From: a bacterium
Lineage (GTDB): Bacteria > Patescibacteriota > Minisyncoccia > UBA6257
DNA: 45,990 nt
Assembly (NCBI GenBank): GCA_021162155.1
Contig: JAGGZF010000032.1
Location: forward strand, 1 to 45,990
Direction of reading: 5' to 3'
The translations under genes and the position numbers were made by a program. Shown piece after piece: positions 44,206 to 45,990 of this stretch; positions within the stretch are counted from its first letter, which is position 1, and the number at the start of each line of letters is the position of its first letter. Below the pieces are notes generated by a model that was not told the origin of the DNA, did not search any database, and saw only the letters and a program-made list of their open reading frames with translations.

Positions 44206-45705
44206 ATGGACGACCCCAAAACTTCTCAATCGTTATTTGGTCCCCGGGCGAGAATAGCACCTAGTCCTACCGGGTATCTACATATAGGAACTGCCAGAAC
44301 TGCCCTATTCAATTTTCTTTTTGCCAGAAAACATGGAGGGCAGTTTATTTTAAGGATAGAGGACACCGATCCTAAAAGGTCTAAAAAAGAATATGAGGAA
44401 AATATTTATGAGGGTCTTAAGTGGCTAGGGATTATGTGGGATGAAGGACCGGATATAGGAGGTGATTATGGTCCTTATCGGCAAAGTGAGAGAGTGGATA
44501 TATACGAAAAATATCTGAGGCAATTATTAGATGAGAATAAGGCCTATTATTGCTTTTGCACTCCTGAGGAATTGGAAGCCCAGAGAAGAGATATGATTTC
44601 GCGAGGACTGCCTCCTAAATATTCAGGGAAATGTCGCCATTTACCTCCGGAAACAGTTAAGCAGTATTTAGCCCAAGGCAAGCACTCGGTTATTAGGTTC
44701 AAAATGCCCCCCAAAGAAGTGAAATTCCACGATTTAATTAGGGGCGAGATTAAAGTAGACCTGAATCTTATAGGAGATATAGTAATAGCGAGGAATTTGA
44801 GGGAGCCGCTGTATAATTTTAGTGTAGTAATAGACGATTATCTTATGAAAATAACGCATATAATCCGCGGAGAAGACCATATTTCCAATACCCCTAAGCA
44901 GATAGCCATACAGGAGGCTTTAGGCCTTCCTAGGCCCATTTACGCGCATTTACCAATGATTTTAGGACCGGATAGGTCTAAGTTAAGTAAAAGACACGGG
45001 GCTATGCCGGTGACAGAATATAGGAAAATGGGTTATTTGCCTGAGGCTATTGTCAATTTTATAGCCCTTTTGGGCTGGCATCCTGCTTCTGATAGAGAGA
45101 TATTTAATATGGAGGAATTGATAAAAGAATTTAGTTTAAAAAGGGTTCAAAAGAGTGGGGCAGTATTCAATGTAAATAAACTTAATTGGTTTAACAGTCA
45201 ATATCTCCGTCATTTATCCCTAGATAAATTGACTAAGATAGTTAGAGAATATCTCCAAAAATATTCAGATAAGGCAGAGTTATTAAAAGAATATTCAGAT
45301 GAATATTTGAGGAAAGTTATAGAGATAGAATTAACCAGAATAAATAAATTAAGCGACTTAATTGTTCTTTCTGACTTCTTTTTCGAAAAAAACTTGCGTT
45401 ATTCTCCAGATCTGTTGGTTTGGAGAGATATGACTTTAGCAGAAGTGAAGCAATCCCTGCAGGACAGTGCTAAAGTTTTACAGCAGATTAACCAAAAAGA
45501 TTTTTTGAGGAGTAATATTCAGGTCAAACTATTTGAATTTATAGAGAAATCACCTCAGTATAGAGGAGATAAAGGGAGGTTGTTGTGGCCGCTGAGAGTA
45601 GCGCTTTCCGGCAAAAAGGCATCTCCTTCTCCTTTTGAGATAGCAGAGATTTTGGGAAAGAAAGAAACATTAAGAAGAATAGAAGTGGCTCTTAAAAAAA
45701 TCTAA
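44206..45705 (+). CDS. gltX: Glutamate--tRNA ligase
   Basis: 499 aa with class I motifs HIGTARTALFNF (HIGH) and KLSKRHG (KMSKS), plus RIEDTD. Confidence 0.93.
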   Translation: MDDPKTSQSLFGPRARIAPSPTGYLHIGTARTALFNFLFARKHGGQFILRIEDTDPKRSKKEYEENIYEGLKWLGIMWDEGPDIGGDYGPYRQSERVDIYEKYLRQLLDENKAYYCFCTPEELEAQRRDMISRGLPPKYSGKCRHLPPETVKQYLAQGKHSVIRFKMPPKEVKFHDLIRGEIKVDLNLIGDIVIARNLREPLYNFSVVIDDYLMKITHIIRGEDHISNTPKQIAIQEALGLPRPIYAHLPMILGPDRSKLSKRHGAMPVTEYRKMGYLPEAIVNFIALLGWHPASDREIFNMEELIKEFSLKRVQKSGAVFNVNKLNWFNSQYLRHLSLDKLTKIVREYLQKYSDKAELLKEYSDEYLRKVIEIELTRINKLSDLIVLSDFFFEKNLRYSPDLLVWRDMTLAEVKQSLQDSAKVLQQINQKDFLRSNIQVKLFEFIEKSPQYRGDKGRLLWPLRVALSGKKASPSPFEIAEILGKKETLRRIEVALKKI

Positions 45706-45727
45706 TTGTTTATAATGATTAAATATT

Positions 45728-45922
45728 ATGGATTGGAGCCAATTTACAACTCAATTTGGCCAATTTCTTTATCAGGCCTTAACCGATTTAGATAAATTGG
45801 TAAATAAGGTATTTACCTACGGAATTTTAGGGCATCTCTGGGCTATCTTGAAAGCCAGTATCAGGATTTTAATTGCTGTTTTAGAATTTATTATTAAAAT
45901 ACTGAAACTCTGTGTGAAGTAG
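45728..45922 (+). CDS. Small hypothetical protein with hydrophobic C-terminus
   Basis: 64-aa ORF co-oriented 22 nt after gltX. The C-terminal segment ILGHLWAILKASIRILIAVLEFIIKIL could be a TM or amphipathic helix. I recognise no family. Confidence 0.3.
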   Translation: MDWSQFTTQFGQFLYQALTDLDKLVNKVFTYGILGHLWAILKASIRILIAVLEFIIKILKLCVK

Positions 45923-45990
45923 GATAAATAAATTTTTAATTTACTTACTCCAATTTATAAATAGAGTAGTTAATTTTGAAATATTATAAG

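Noticed and set aside
1-45990. Considered an alternative genetic code (UGA recoding, as in some candidate phyla).
   Set aside because: TGA ends recognisable full-length proteins at the expected positions (queH, infA, alaS, fmt). No conserved protein requires read-through of TGA.

Overview
This is a gene-dense, AT-rich bacterial chromosomal segment (roughly one-third G+C by eye). It uses the standard genetic code, since TAA, TAG and TGA all terminate recognisable proteins. Shine-Dalgarno sequences are almost absent and many neighbouring genes overlap by 1-4 nt. All calls rest on motifs read by eye; no search was run.

The content is overwhelmingly housekeeping:
- queA-tgt-queH (queuosine)
- a NodB-type deacetylase and speH
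- the AmmeMemoRadiSam trio (amrS/amrB/amrA)
- a minus-strand block thpR-priA-def-fmt-amidase
- ctpA-like protease, a divergent enolase, a D-2-hydroxyacid dehydrogenase and a HIT protein
- glmS interrupted by an intein
- efp, an MgtC-family protein, tRNA-Lys(UUU) and secDF
- dgkA, a GGDEF protein, dnaG and rpoD
- a MurE-like ligase, a short alaS and infA-rpmJ-rpsM-rpsK-rpsD-rpoA-rplQ-rplM-rpsI
- a second sigma factor, a PEGA/propeller protein, ftsW, murG and gltX

Several housekeeping proteins are trimmed or divergent: AlaRS lacks C-Ala, the Mur ligase lacks its N-terminal domain, the enolase has an odd metal loop, and PriA has degenerate ATPase motifs. Together with the missing SD sites, this suggests a small-genome, CPR/Patescibacteria-like organism. 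That is inference only.

The items most worth a second look are:
1. A self-contained three-gene module at 22.3-26.3 kb: a sigma-r4 plus double HARE-HTH protein, a two-TM protein of unknown fold, and a TM-less VirD4/TraD/HerA-like ATPase with a zinc ribbon. There is no other conjugation gene nearby.
2. A 452-aa LAGLIDADG intein inside the GIGH|(T/S)RWATHG glutaminase motif of GlmS.
3. A frameshifted PriA whose ATPase motifs are degenerate.
4. A 115-aa polybasic N-terminal extension on RpoD.
5. A five-unit, roughly 16-bp tandem repeat between rpsD and rpoA.
6. The only strong Shine-Dalgarno site in the window, in front of the second sigma factor.
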